A stretch of DNA of 64,000 nucleotides from Paramecium tetraurelia (Eukaryota): contig CT868230.1 of assembly GCA_000165425.1 (NCBI GenBank), positions 310,001 through 374,000 on the forward strand. The letters are read 5' to 3'. The notes below the pieces were generated by a model. It searched no databases. It was not told where the DNA came from and saw only the letters and a list, made by a program, of their open reading frames with translations. Position 1 is the stretch's first letter. Each line of letters starts with the position of its first letter. Made by a program: the position numbers and the translations under genes. Positions 15,525 to 28,945 of the stretch are shown one piece after another.

Positions 15525-15923
15525 ATGTATAAATTAATATCTAATTTTGCTAAAAATTTATCCACTCAAGTCCCCATTTATTCATATCATTTTCCTAATG
15601 GTTCAGTTTATAATAATGTAATAATGAATTAATTTAAAGCCAGCAGTTACAGCAAAAAGGATCATAAAAGTAGTTGGAGAACGATTGAGAAAGATTGATC
15701 CAGAAAGAGTATAACAATATAATAAAATTAGTGGGAATCAACTCCAATCACATTTAATACTAATTGGAATGATGCAGCTGGTTATGTTGATGTTGCAACT
15801 TGCATCCACATTCATGACGCTTTAGAAAAAGAATTTGGAATCGAAATTAAAGACAGAGCATTTCTTGTCTCAAGCATCGAAACAGCGTTTTATATCGTTA
15901 ATATTCATCACGATAGTCATTGA
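15525..15923 (+). CDS. Acyl carrier protein-like protein, probably mitochondrial, lacking the phosphopantetheine Ser
   Basis: Presequence-like N-terminus, then IIKVVGERLRKID..GYVDVATCIHIHDALEKEFGIEIKD; the ALEKEFGIEI motif matches ACP helix II-III; two introns. Confidence 0.75.
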
Positions 15924-16823
15924 GAACAATAAGCTAATGAAAATAATAATAAATATTATAAATAATAGTATTAGAATTTGAATAAAAAAATCTATCATAC
16001 AAGAAATCATAACCCATAATTTAGATACATTATCTAATAAAATTAATTTCTTATTTGTTGTTAGATTAATATAATCTAATACTGTAAGATATAAACCAAA
16101 AGAATATTATAAATGGATCTATTAGGATGAAAATTATTCATTTTACTTTGAAAATTAATAACTATTGAAGATGTAAATAACCATTGTAATAAACAAAAAT
16201 ATAAACGACATTAGATTGGCTTAATTATATTTTTATTCATAAATTCATGCAATTTAAGTTTATTTATTATTTGACTAATGTAATAAAAATAAAGTATTTA
16301 TTAGGTTTTAGTATATTAAATCCGATTTCATTTGGTGAAATTAGATCTAAGGATTAGAATCATAATCTCTAATGCAATTTGATAACAATGTTTAGATATA
16401 ATATTAATCAATGCTTGATACATACGTAATAAAACACAATGGAGAATTTATTTAACAAAAAAGAAGTTCAAAATTAATTAAGTAACCACAAAGTAATTCC
16501 TCAATTTGAAAGTTTATTAATTATGAGTATTTTCAAAAGTAATTATAACCCTAAAACAATTATTAGATTTAAATCATCTTTTATAAATCTTAATTATTTT
16601 CATTATGAGAAATTATAATTTTTGAAATTAAACTAGATTAATAGCAGTAACAATGATAATAATTAGTATATATATATCCTAGTTAAATATCTATGATTAA
16701 ATGAAATAAAATTTATGAAGAAAATCGAATTAATTGATAAATAATAAAATATCAATCTGTGCTTGCTCATTCTTTGATCTCATTGTAAATTCTATTATAT
16801 ATATATTATTTATTACAGAAATT

Positions 16824-16884
16824 GGGGGAAATTACTATTTAAGTGAGTATTTGATCCCCCTTTATTTTAATTTATAAAAGGGGG
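16824..16884. other. G5-C5-G5 overlapping inverted repeats just upstream of an ATG
   Basis: GGGGGAAATTACT..AGTATTTGATCCCCC and CCCCCTTT..AAAGGGGG share the C5 run at 16856-16860. Confidence 0.6.
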
Positions 16885-16908
16885 TAATATTATATATAAA
16901 CAGACCAA

Positions 16909-17828
16909 ATGGATTAAAAAACTAAAGTCGAAGTATATTAATAAAATAATAAAGTAGGCTGATCTATGTGATCAATAGCATAAATATTTTCAGCAGAGTA
17001 AGCCTTTATAATTGAGTTAAATAATAAACATTCGATTAAACTAGCCACGCTAAGATGAGCGTAGATATCATTCAGAAACGCTGAAACATGTACTATATTA
17101 AATGAAACTCTATTTAGTAAGCTAAGGCCTTCAATATAAATAAATGGCATGAAATGGTGGATAAGGATGAATTGTATTAAATGTCATTGACAGGCCATTT
17201 GATCAAGGCGATTCAGTTATAAGAGGGGAATGCTACACTAAATAATCTAATAAATGTTACAGAACCTTACCTTCCATTTTTGAGAAAGTAGAATGGAAAG
17301 AATTTTACAGGAATGGCAACAAGAACTGTGAAAGGTTGTTTGTCTGCAGTTGTTTTTAAAAGAAATGATGAATCAACCTGGTCAGTAGATGAAACAAAAG
17401 TAGAAGAATTCATTAGTTAGGCTAATAGAAAGTTATTATAATTCTTCGAGAAACTACAGAAAAATTTTCCTAGTTATGATAATATTAAAATGGAAAGTAA
17501 TGATAAGAAAATAAAGAAGAGAATCAAAATGGAATAGAAAAGAGATGATGATTAATTTATTGATAGATTTTAACCTTACCTAAATTAGAAACTAGATCCT
17601 CAAGACAATATTAAGATTGAGAATCATTATTCAAATTTTGATTAAAATGGAAGTTCTAGAATCAATTCAGATTGGCATTTAACCATAAGTGACAATATTT
17701 TTAAAAGTTTATATTGTTTGAGATAAGGAGAAAAAATAGATGATCAATTTTTAGGTAGTTTGATAGGGTTTTACAATATCAAACATTAATTAGAAAGAAT
17801 GGCAGAATGCTAAAGATATATTGATTGA
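16909..17828 (+). CDS. Hypothetical protein with a possible winged-helix-like domain
   Basis: Two introns; LIKAIQLQEGNATLNNLINVTEPYLPFLRKQNGKNFTGMATRTVKGCLSAVVFKRNDESTWSVDE; TGA at 17826-17828. Confidence 0.7.
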
Positions 17829-17861
17829 TATCATAAATATGTATTAAATATTATAATTAAA

Positions 17862-18745
17862 ATGGGAAACAATTAAAATAATAATAATGCTGCTAATCAT
17901 TAAAGTGTACAACATTTAACCAATGATCCAAATTATCAATAAGTGCTTCGAGATTTATATTAAAACAATCCATAATAGATAGTTTAGGATTTTCCTTAAT
18001 ATCTACAAAATCAGGATTAACATCCAGCAAGATTTAAACACAATGTCGAAGTCAAGAAAGTTGTTCCAAAACAAAATAATACTTACATTAAAAAGGACTC
18101 TTTTAAATTAGTATATATAAAATACTTATCATTTCAGGCACAAATAGATGCTAGCACTTATTAAATAGAATTTGTCTTCGAATGTTTAGAGCCTGTGACA
18201 CTTAAAATTCATTTGTTAGCCGTTGAAACAATTAATAATGAATTTATTACTTAAAAAATTACTGCCTATTAATCAAAGACCTACCATTTCGAACCTGTTT
18301 CAGCATATAAATTTGATTAGTTTCAGTTTGATATACGATAGATCAAACTAGAAGATTTAGAGTATACAAATTAAGAAAAACGATAATATCCATTGATCAT
18401 TGAAATGGTATTAATCCCATAATTATTTAGGAAACATAAGAGAAAGCATTATTTTAATACTGTTTTTTCAAGTTGAATTAAAATGAAATACAATTATAGA
18501 CACTAGAGATTAAGATGTAAAAGAATGGAAAGGCCTTTAGTGTTAGAGATGTTTATGGGGGTTAAGAGGATTAAGATAAAGATTGTGTTATTTGTTTGAG
18601 TAACAAAGTTAATACATTGATTTTACCATGCAAACATATGAGTTTATGTTAGACTTGTTGCTAAGGGTTGAAGGAAAGAAGTTCTAAATGTCCAATTTGT
18701 AGAAATAGAATAAGCAGCTTTAGAATAATAATGAGAGGACAATGA
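17862..18745 (+). CDS. RING-HC E3 ubiquitin ligase, MGRN1/LOG2-like
   Basis: N-terminal MGN (possible myristoylation), central IKKDSFKL..YPLIIEM region, C-terminal [40 protein letters not shown]. Confidence 0.88.
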
Positions 18746-18766
18746 AAATAATTAATTATACCAAAA

Positions 18767-19693
18767 TCATTTTTTTTACTTTTATTTCTATAACTTTTAT
18801 ATGGCATTTAATGCCTCTTTTTATTTTTTTTCTGCTTCCTCATCATTTTTCTGAGATTATTATTATTATTATTATTATTATTAAGATTATTATTATTATG
18901 AACCCTATATTTGCGAGAGTCTTTTAATATGATCCTCAGCATAATAATACATCTCAGTTTAATTTTATTGAATTTGAAATTTTGAACCTTTTTTTTTATG
19001 AACTTTAAACCCAAATATTTTGGATACGTATTCATTTGCTGGTTAAGTAGGATTTAATTCTGAAAATACAGATAAAAATATGTGAGGAAACACAGAACCA
19101 AAAAATGAACCGTCCACATCACTCATTTACTTTTTAGGAGAATAAACATCCTAACATCTTGGACAGAATATCTTGATTATTTATGTAATAGTCGATTACC
19201 TTAACTCGAGAAGTTCTTAGGTCGTGACTTAAACCTATTGGCAACACATTCTATCTCTCGCACAAGACTCTAGGACACACTCCGAATCTGCCTTATAAAT
19301 ATTTGGATTTCATTAATGTTAATCCCTAGGGAGTAATAATAAATCTAGCATGCAATAAACCATATAATTCTGATGCTTCATTATAGAGTTCCAAAAATCT
19401 TAATTATAATTTTTCATTTAATACTAATCATCCTCTAAATCTTCATCTGTTGGAGTATTTGGAGATAAAATCATTTATAATGCTTCTCTAATATAATACT
19501 TTAATTGATTTACTCAAAATGATCAAACAACTATTTCAATCCATAAAGATTAAATTAGTCTGCTATAAAAAATTCATCAATCTCACAAAAAAAGTGATGG
19601 TCTTCTAAATTGCAATACCATTTAATCCACCCATTGTCATTTACGGAAATATCTAATGTTTATGAAATTGAAACATTTACTGCTTTAAGACAT
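18767..19693 (-). CDS. CKB: Casein kinase II regulatory (beta) subunit, paralog 1
   Basis: WIKWYC..FFCEIDEFFIADQFNLYGL, LYGLLHARFI, FGVCPRVLC..FCPRCQDVY, DGSFFG, IFGFKVH; poly-Gln tail. Confidence 0.93.
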
Positions 19694-19724
19694 TTTGAAT
19701 TTAAAATTAATAATAAATCAACAT

Positions 19725-20659
19725 TCATCTATAATAAATAACTAGATTATCAATTCCAAAACTGGCTTCACAAGTGCTTTTTGATGTTAAGCCTTATAAT
19801 TACAAATTCAGTTCATTGTGAGTGTGATCAAATATCTTCATAATAGGACTAATCTATATATTAAATTAGCAATACATGTTGATTTGATCTCCAAATCTAG
19901 AACTTCCACAGAAATTGTTATGATGAGCAGTATTTTCAAATTTATTCTTCCAAACTAATAGTTTTGTAATTTTAAATACTAATTTATTCATCTGCTTTCA
20001 TGATGATTTATTCTGATTCCCACTAATCAAATACGTGTAATGCTAATTCAACTTTTACTTGAGTATGTTAAGGTAAGCTGTTAAACTTTTTGCTTAAAGT
20101 TTGATTTGTGTTTTCGCAATAGCCTCCAAAGTAATGACCATCTCTCAAATTTTCACATTTACTACTTGATTAATCATTGAAATCTAGATGATGCAACAAC
20201 TCCCACTAAACTAGAATAGTTAATTGATAAACTTTCTTATAATAAGACTTTCTGTTTTTTCTCTTATGTTTTCATCTTATAAACAGATATCGAACCATTT
20301 ATAACCAATGGTCTACCTTCTTTCTTTGATTTTAGAGTTCCCACTTTTAACAATTTAGTTTTCAAAACCTAGGCTTCCAATTTTTTCGTTTTTAAATTTT
20401 TAGCCTATTTCTTTATTATGCAATACTTCTATTCCTCCTTTACTCAAAATTTCACCAAACATGCAATTCTTTCTAGCCCAAGCTCTTCCACTGACAGTTA
20501 TGGGTGTTTTCATTTCACTTATGCTTTTATTCTTTTTTGACTTCTTTGGTTTAGCTTTATCGTTGGCTTTAAAATAAAATTAATTTGGTTATTATTACTT
20601 TCAAGAGCCACAATAAATAATATGTAGAGGATTAGAATAAATATGAGGAAAGGCTTCAT
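19725..20659 (-). CDS. Secreted or membrane-anchored protein with a ciliate-type C-terminal beta-rich domain
   Basis: Hydrophobic N-terminus MKPFLIFILILYILFIVA; C-terminal LPQHTQVKVELALHVFDQWESE..NFCG..FDHT..EASFGIDNLVIYYR; about five introns. Confidence 0.7.
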
Positions 20660-20810
20660 TAATTTATAAAATATATATAAATATAAGCAAATATCCGATT
20701 CTGGTGGAGAGATTTATTTCTGGTGGAAAACATAGATTTTATCAAATTGATAGGATTTAAATATCGATTAATTCATTTTTACTAAAAATTATATTATATT
20801 TTAACAATTT

Positions 20811-21708
20811 ATGAGCACTAGAACTCCTATTCCAACATTCATACTGAAAACCTATTAAATGCTTGAAGTAAACCCTATTGAATATCTTTTAAGGAACAAA
20901 AGCATTCTAACATAGTCAGTTGGACTGCTCAAGGCACTGCCTTCATAGTATATAATCAATCGTAAATGGAGAAATAGGTTTTACAAAATTTCTTCAAACA
21001 CAGCAATTATTCAAGTTTTGTCAGGTATTCCGTTGTTGTATATGCTTTATAGATAGCTAAATCTATATAATTTCAAGAAAGTTCGATCAAATGAAGGATA
21101 AATATTTAAGCATAAATGCTTTAGAAAAGGAATGAAGTATTTCTATTTTCTTATCTTTAAAAGATCGATGTTATAATTTATAAAAAGGAGAAATCAAGAA
21201 GATCTTATTGCTCCTGCCATTCAGGAAGAACCAAGTATGCAATTTATCGTTATTTTGATAGCAATTTAAGTTAAGGAAGAACAGAACTTATTTAAAGAAT
21301 GTGCCATAGATATCAAGGAGACTAATAATAAGTTGAAAGAAGATATGAAATTATTATAAGAAACATCTTCCTATCTAATTGATTAGATGCAGAACTTAAA
21401 TCATGTAAGAACTTATCAATATAATCAGTTTGTTTACAATTAAAGCGTCGACATCGAAGTAAAATTTAAATAAGTCGGCTAAATGCTTCACGCAATAAAT
21501 GAAGAATTAAGATAAGAAAGTATCATTATTTAATATATCTTTAGATAAAAGTGAAACACAAACCAACAAATTTTTAGGGGAATACAAACCAATTAAAGAA
21601 GACCAATTTCAGGAATCTAAAATTGGATCTCCAAATCCCTATGTCGATTACAATAGTACAGCACTTAATCCTTTGGATTATGAGTGTTTCATAGACTCAT
21701 TTTTGTGA
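20811..21708 (+). CDS. HSF: Heat shock factor (HSF-type DNA-binding domain) protein
   Basis: IPTFILKTYQMLE..IVSWTAQGTAFIV..FFKHSNYSSFVRQLNLYNFKK..FKHKCFRKG, then a coiled coil; many tiny introns. Confidence 0.92.
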
Positions 21709-21769
21709 TCATCTTATAAACTAAAATTTATATCTATAAATTTAATTATAATATATATTCTCTAATTTC

Positions 21770-22360
21770 TCACACTTATCCACTCAAATCCTTGTCTTTG
21801 AAATAATTATAAACAATATAGATTTATGACAAACTGATTACAATAAGTATCCCCACTTTGATGACTATGCACCATTAAACAGACTTTTCTGTTTAATCTA
21901 AGATCAATGCATGAGCACTTTCTCTGTCTGATATCCAATGTTGATTTCTGTAAATGTTTTAGAAATTCTTTTATGTTTTTTATAACTCTTTTGACATTTA
22001 ATCAAATTGTTCGGTTTATGCATATTCCTTATCAACTCCTTCGAGATCAAAATCGAAACTCACCATTTTGTAGCTCTTATCTTTACTTTAGAAACAAACG
22101 TAATAGTTGCCCTTCTCTTTCAAAATTTCTCTAATTTTTCCATCTTTTGTATTTTGGACTTTAATTAATACTTCTCCATCCTTCTTTCTAATAAAAACAT
22201 CAGTCTAATTTTCATCCAAACCAGAAACAATATAATTTACAGTCAGATTTGAATTTTCCTCAGGCGAATTCACTATAAAGCATGTTGGCTATTATGAAAG
22301 CTACGTCGACAATGACGAACCTAATACTATTAAAGTTGTAATTAATAATAAATATGTCAT
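21770..22360 (-). CDS. p24/emp24/TMED family cargo receptor (GOLD domain)
   Basis: Signal peptide, GOLD domain (TCFIV..GNYYVCF..KMVSFDF), coiled coil, TM helix and QIYIVYNYFK tail. Confidence 0.88.
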
Positions 22361-23307
22361 ATTTTTTATTTCAATTAATGTCTTCAAGATTTTCATAAAA
22401 TCATTTCAAATGAGGCTTCATCTTAAATTTTACTTTCCTTTTCTAATATTTACATACAAAAAGTTATTATATTTTATTATGAATTTACTCAAAAAGAATA
22501 AAGTCAAATAACATACTCCTGAATTATTAGTTGTTAGAACATCCTTTAATTAGAAATTGAAAGGATTTGATAATATCAAATGCTATATATTAAATAATAT
22601 TTATAAATTATTTGCCATTTTATAGGATCTTGGGAGTAAAATGAAAAATGGGAACTTAAATTATCGATTTCATTTATATTTTCAATCTGAACTAAAACAG
22701 AGTGCTTTCTGATCTATCGTTCTATGATCTAACTTGCTGCGATTAAGATGAAAAAAGAATTTTTCTTTAAAAATGTTATTTATAATGAACTAACAATTTT
22801 ATAGAAATGTAAACATTTTCATGTTTGTACACTTTGATGCTAACTTTTTACATAGAAAATCATTACTATTAGTGAAATAGTACATTGTACATTCAAATTA
22901 GAGAAAGAGTTATTTATAGATTAATTTGTATTCAGGACTACAGCAAACTTTATTTATCATCAGGATTCAATTGTCACAAACTCTTATTTGATACCCAAAC
23001 TAATCTCAACTATATCACACCTACTTTAGAATCATATAAATAAATAAATCACAAAATTTAAACGAATTTAATCATATTCTGACATTGATACTAAAAATAG
23101 TAGACAATAGATACACCTTATTTCTGTTGATATTCGAATCATATTTGTATATTTTCTCGTGCTATTTTAGGAAAATAAGTGATTTTAATTGATAATTCAT
23201 TGAAAGTTTTAGGTTGATGGTTAAAGAACAATTTACAAAGTAAAGATGGATTTATTTAAAAACAAGAATCATCAAATTCCAAACAATAATTTCTAAATTA
23301 ATGAATA

Positions 23308-23783
23308 TCATGAAAGGCATTGACTTGCAAAACGTTACTCTTGCTTTCTTAATCTCTCATAGAAGTTATAGGCTTTAATAAATGAATGTTTTAGCCAAAC
23401 TTCTATTTTTAGATTATTATAAGCATTCTAGTTATTTTGCATGTTTTTATAAAGGCATGGCTTCTTTCCATTTAATACATCAACTACTTAATTAGGAGCA
23501 GGCCTTTTATGGTTTTTATAGTAATGTATTAAGGATTTAGCGCTAGAATAGTTTAGTTTTAAATCATCAGCAACCTAAGGTGATATATTGCAACTTTTAC
23601 TTATTTGATTGATTTTCCTTCTTAGAAAACTTATACGAACAATAATTATTACGTTCGTATTGGTATTTTGTGGATTCGTCTAGATGACTTTTTTGTATTC
23701 TTTTTATTTTTAACAAAATTTTGTTATTCTTATTCTTTTGCAATTGAATTATTAATAGAAGATTCCTAATCAGTGTTTTACAT
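23308..23783 (-). CDS. Small ciliate HTH protein, tandem paralog A
   Basis: ..EGKSIKQVADDLKLNYSSAKSLIHYYKNHKRP..IKAYNFYE; two introns. Confidence 0.75.
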
Positions 23784-24258
23784 ATGAAAGAAAGTCTTAA
23801 GAAGGGAAATTTTAAAATAACTAAAAATAATTATTATCAAATTAAGTTATTATTTGTAGCAATTATATTTATATTTGTTACAATAATTTACTATTTGTGC
23901 ATTTCTTAGTTATCAATTATTTGCAATCTTTGTAAGGTCTGATAATGATATATTGAATTATTTTTCATTTTATAACACATATTTTGATTTAAATTAAATT
24001 AAGATTTAATTTTTATATTCATAAAACAGAATTGTAATCTCTTAAAGAAAAGCGTTATTCCTAATAATTGAAAATAAAGAATAAACCTTATAAATCTATA
24101 AAAACACCTAAAAGACTCCTTATTGCCATGATTGCATTCAAACTTCCTTAATAGAAACCTATAAAATATGTATATAACTAAGTTTATAATTGAATTTGAA
24201 AGTATCATTAATTAATATAAGATATATATTGAATCATGTGTTTATTCTCTGAATATTC

Positions 24259-24727
24259 TCAAGGGTTTTGTTGTTATTAGAGTAATTAATAAAAATTGTA
24301 TTATTTAATGGTGTTCTTTTGAATCTGAACGACAACAAACATATTTTTATTGCCATGCTTAGTCTTTTTTATTCCACAAGGCTTGGCTTGATTCAAAATA
24401 CTTGAAATTGCAGATGGGATCGGTCTTTTATTATTTTTATAATAATGAATCAATGATTTTGCACTTGAGTAATTTATACCCAAAGACTTGGCAACCTAAA
24501 TATTATGTATATGCATATACTTGCTTTATTCGCTTTCCATTAACAAATACCATCTAAAATAACAAAATTTACGTTTTTAAAGGGATTTTGTGGTAACGTT
24601 TGGCATCAGCACTAGCTGACTAACATCCCCTCTAATTTATCGATTCTACCTAGTATTCAGATGATTCCGATCCTTAGTTCTATCTATCGTCTGATTCTAG
24701 TAAGTCAGCATACTAAGATTTCCTCAT
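24259..24727 (-). CDS. Small ciliate HTH protein, tandem paralog B
   Basis: KRYHKIPLKTQILLFQMVFVNGKRIKQVAKSLGINYSSAKSLIHYYKNNKRP..IKQYNFYQ; intron at the same IKQ/VA position as paralog A. Confidence 0.8.
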
Positions 24728-25224
24728 TGAAAATAATTAAGATAAATATATTTTACAGGATATGTTGTTGATGATCTTTTGAATAGTAGTAATAATAACA
24801 ATATTATTTATTTCATACCAATTCACAAGCAAAATTTCTTTAAGTATTATAACAGCTTTTTAAAATGTTCAAATTATTGTATGATTGTGTCAGAAATGAT
24901 ATGATAAAAATTATAACTAATAATTGCTTAGGTTTATTGCTCTAACGCTAACATTTATTTGATTTCATTTATAAATTTATATATAAATATATTATGACAG
25001 AGAATATGAATAAAATTAGAAATCTATTTATTTTTCAATCCACTTATATTAAAGTATTTTGACAATTCATAAGTATGATGAACCCCTCAATTTTTCAGTC
25101 TCCAACATTTTCAAACATGACTTAATATAAATTGAACTATTTTGAAAAGTGAAAAAGATATTATTCTTGTCAAAGCATCTTAAATTATTATATATATATT
25201 TATATTGATATATGAATGTATATT

Positions 25225-26772
<1,548 letters not shown>

Positions 26773-27088
26773 TTTTATTTGATAAATTTATATTAGATAT
26801 AAAATAAAGTTTATTTAGTTCTAATTACTTGTTTTTTTAGCTCTTTATAATTATCAGCTATTTCTAAAACTAAATTAGCAGATCTCAATATCAAAACTTG
26901 AAATTCCATAAACATTTGTAATAGAGCCATTAGATGTTAAAATTGATAAGACTACTTGAATTTAATAGATCTAAGAACTTATTTTCAATAAAATGAAATT
27001 TAGAATAATCTTTATTTTTTTAATTAGATAAGTTCTACTTTTCTTTGAATAATGTATATTATTAATAATAATTACTAAATAAATTGAA

Positions 27089-27593
27089 ATGAACAAGATT
27101 ATTATTTTGTCATTGATGACAGCATGTAGTATCGCATATAACTTGAACTATTATCGTGCATGTTAAAAAGCTGCTTGTGCTGTTCCTTATTAATATTGCT
27201 AAAATAAACCTGCCTGTCAGCAAACATTTAAAACTTGTGAAGAATGTATGTAGTTTATTAAAGGTTTTAGAATGTGAATCTAGAGAGGATAATTGCTTAG
27301 AAGCATGTATTTTTAGTTCATATTCACTGGATGTATAATATTTAGCACGTTGTTCATTGAATAATAAGTGCACGAGTTCTTTTAAAAGCCATAAGGATAT
27401 CACATGTCCAAATAGTTGTTAGGAACCAGCAAAATTGGGAAATGAAGCGTGTAGCACACCTAAGACTTACGCTACTACAGAATGCATATCAGACTTCTTA
27501 ATTTAGATTGGGAGAGATGAATGTGCAGGCGAGGATTGTGTATGCAAAATACTACCAGCATTAGACATTTATATTGTTGGATGTTATTGTTGA
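27089..27593 (+). CDS. Small secreted cysteine-rich protein
   Basis: Signal peptide MNKIIILSLMTACSIA; about 160 aa with regularly spaced Cys; one 25-nt intron; ends GCYC TGA. Confidence 0.8.
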
Positions 27594-27620
27594 ATTATTA
27601 TAAATATAAAATATCAATAT

Positions 27621-28719
27621 ATGCTAAAGTCTCAAAAGTCAGAGGGTGCTTCTGATTCGTGTAATAATGTAAGTGACAAGGCAAAAATTCAAGTATTAAA
27701 GAAAGCCGTGTTCGAATTAAGAGAGTAAAAGGAATAATTAGAAATTTCCAATCAATCCTTATCGATTGAATTAGCTAAGGTACTTAAGGAAAAGGATCAA
27801 AATGTAAGAATCATTTGAAATTGATAAGGAACAATCTTACGTTGAACTAGTAGAGGAATTAAAGCAAAGAATTTCTATTTTGGAAGGGAATATAGAAACA
27901 ACTCCTGTTAGAATATAATCTTAGAGCAATTTTTCTGCTTAAATAGTTAAAGCAGAAGGAACAACAGATTAACAATTACAAAGCATGATAAAATTGAATA
28001 AGCAATTATAATAGTAAGTGTTGTGGCATATAATAGAGAAATAAAAATATTGTAAAATAACTTCTAGGCATAATCCTGTATTTTATAACATGAGTAAAAC
28101 AATTTATAAAAAGAATTGAGTAATAAAGAATCTGTATTGGGTAAACTCAGCAAAGAGTTGGAAGAGGCAAACATTCTGAATAGATAGCTAAAAAAAAACA
28201 TTCATGATATTGAAGAAGATTTATACAATAAAATAATTGAACAATCATAAATTAATACGGAGTTGAAGATTAAAATCCAGAATCTGGAATAAGGCTTATT
28301 GCAGAAAGAAAGTGAAATATAGAATTAAGAAAATATCATTGAATAATATAAGCTAAGTATCTAAGAATTGGAAGAGATAAGAGGGAAATTTCTACAGCAC
28401 AGATTGATATTAAAAAATTAATTGCTTGAGATCAATTGTGCTTTTATTCTTCGATAAAATATTTACAATGACTATATTTTAGAATTGGAAACACCAGCAA
28501 AAAGGTTCATCTATAAGGCGAATGAGATTACTGATCTTCAAGTTAAAGATGATAAGCATTTCATTTTGACTCTGTCTAAAAGATAAGAGACATTCAAATT
28601 GCAATAAGGATAAGATATAAGGAACATTTGTAAATCTATCAAGTAATAATATTAAGTATACTTACAGATCATTTTTAATTAAATCTCAAATTCAATTATC
28701 AAACATTTAAATAAAATGA
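27621..28719 (+). CDS. Coiled-coil protein with a small globular C-terminal domain
   Basis: KAKIQVLKKAVFELREQ, long heptad region, beta-rich C-terminus; three introns. Confidence 0.7.
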
Positions 28720-28945
28720 AGTAAAATTAATTTATATTTATATTATTTACATATTTATAAATCATATAAATATATATAAGAGATTAGAAAATGAACTTTG
28801 TTGTTTCACTTATAATTGAGTTGTTGATTTGAGGGTGATAATCAAAGTTATAATTAAATTAAAAAACTAAAAATAGTATGTCATGTGAAATATAAGCAAA
28901 TTGATAATACGTAATTATTTGATAAATTTAATTAAATATCTTATA

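Noticed and set aside
15924..16820. Possible gene or RNA in a long spacer
   Set aside because: No sustained frame, tRNA cloverleaf or convincing box C/D pair was found by eye.
18857..18900. (TTA)n microsatellite, also near 31020 and 53845
   Set aside because: It is the reverse complement of TAA Gln codons in coding poly-Gln tracts, not a separate repeat element.
23308..24727. Tc1/mariner-type transposon
   Set aside because: HTH only; no DDE domain, terminal inverted repeats or target duplication, and the genes carry normal introns.
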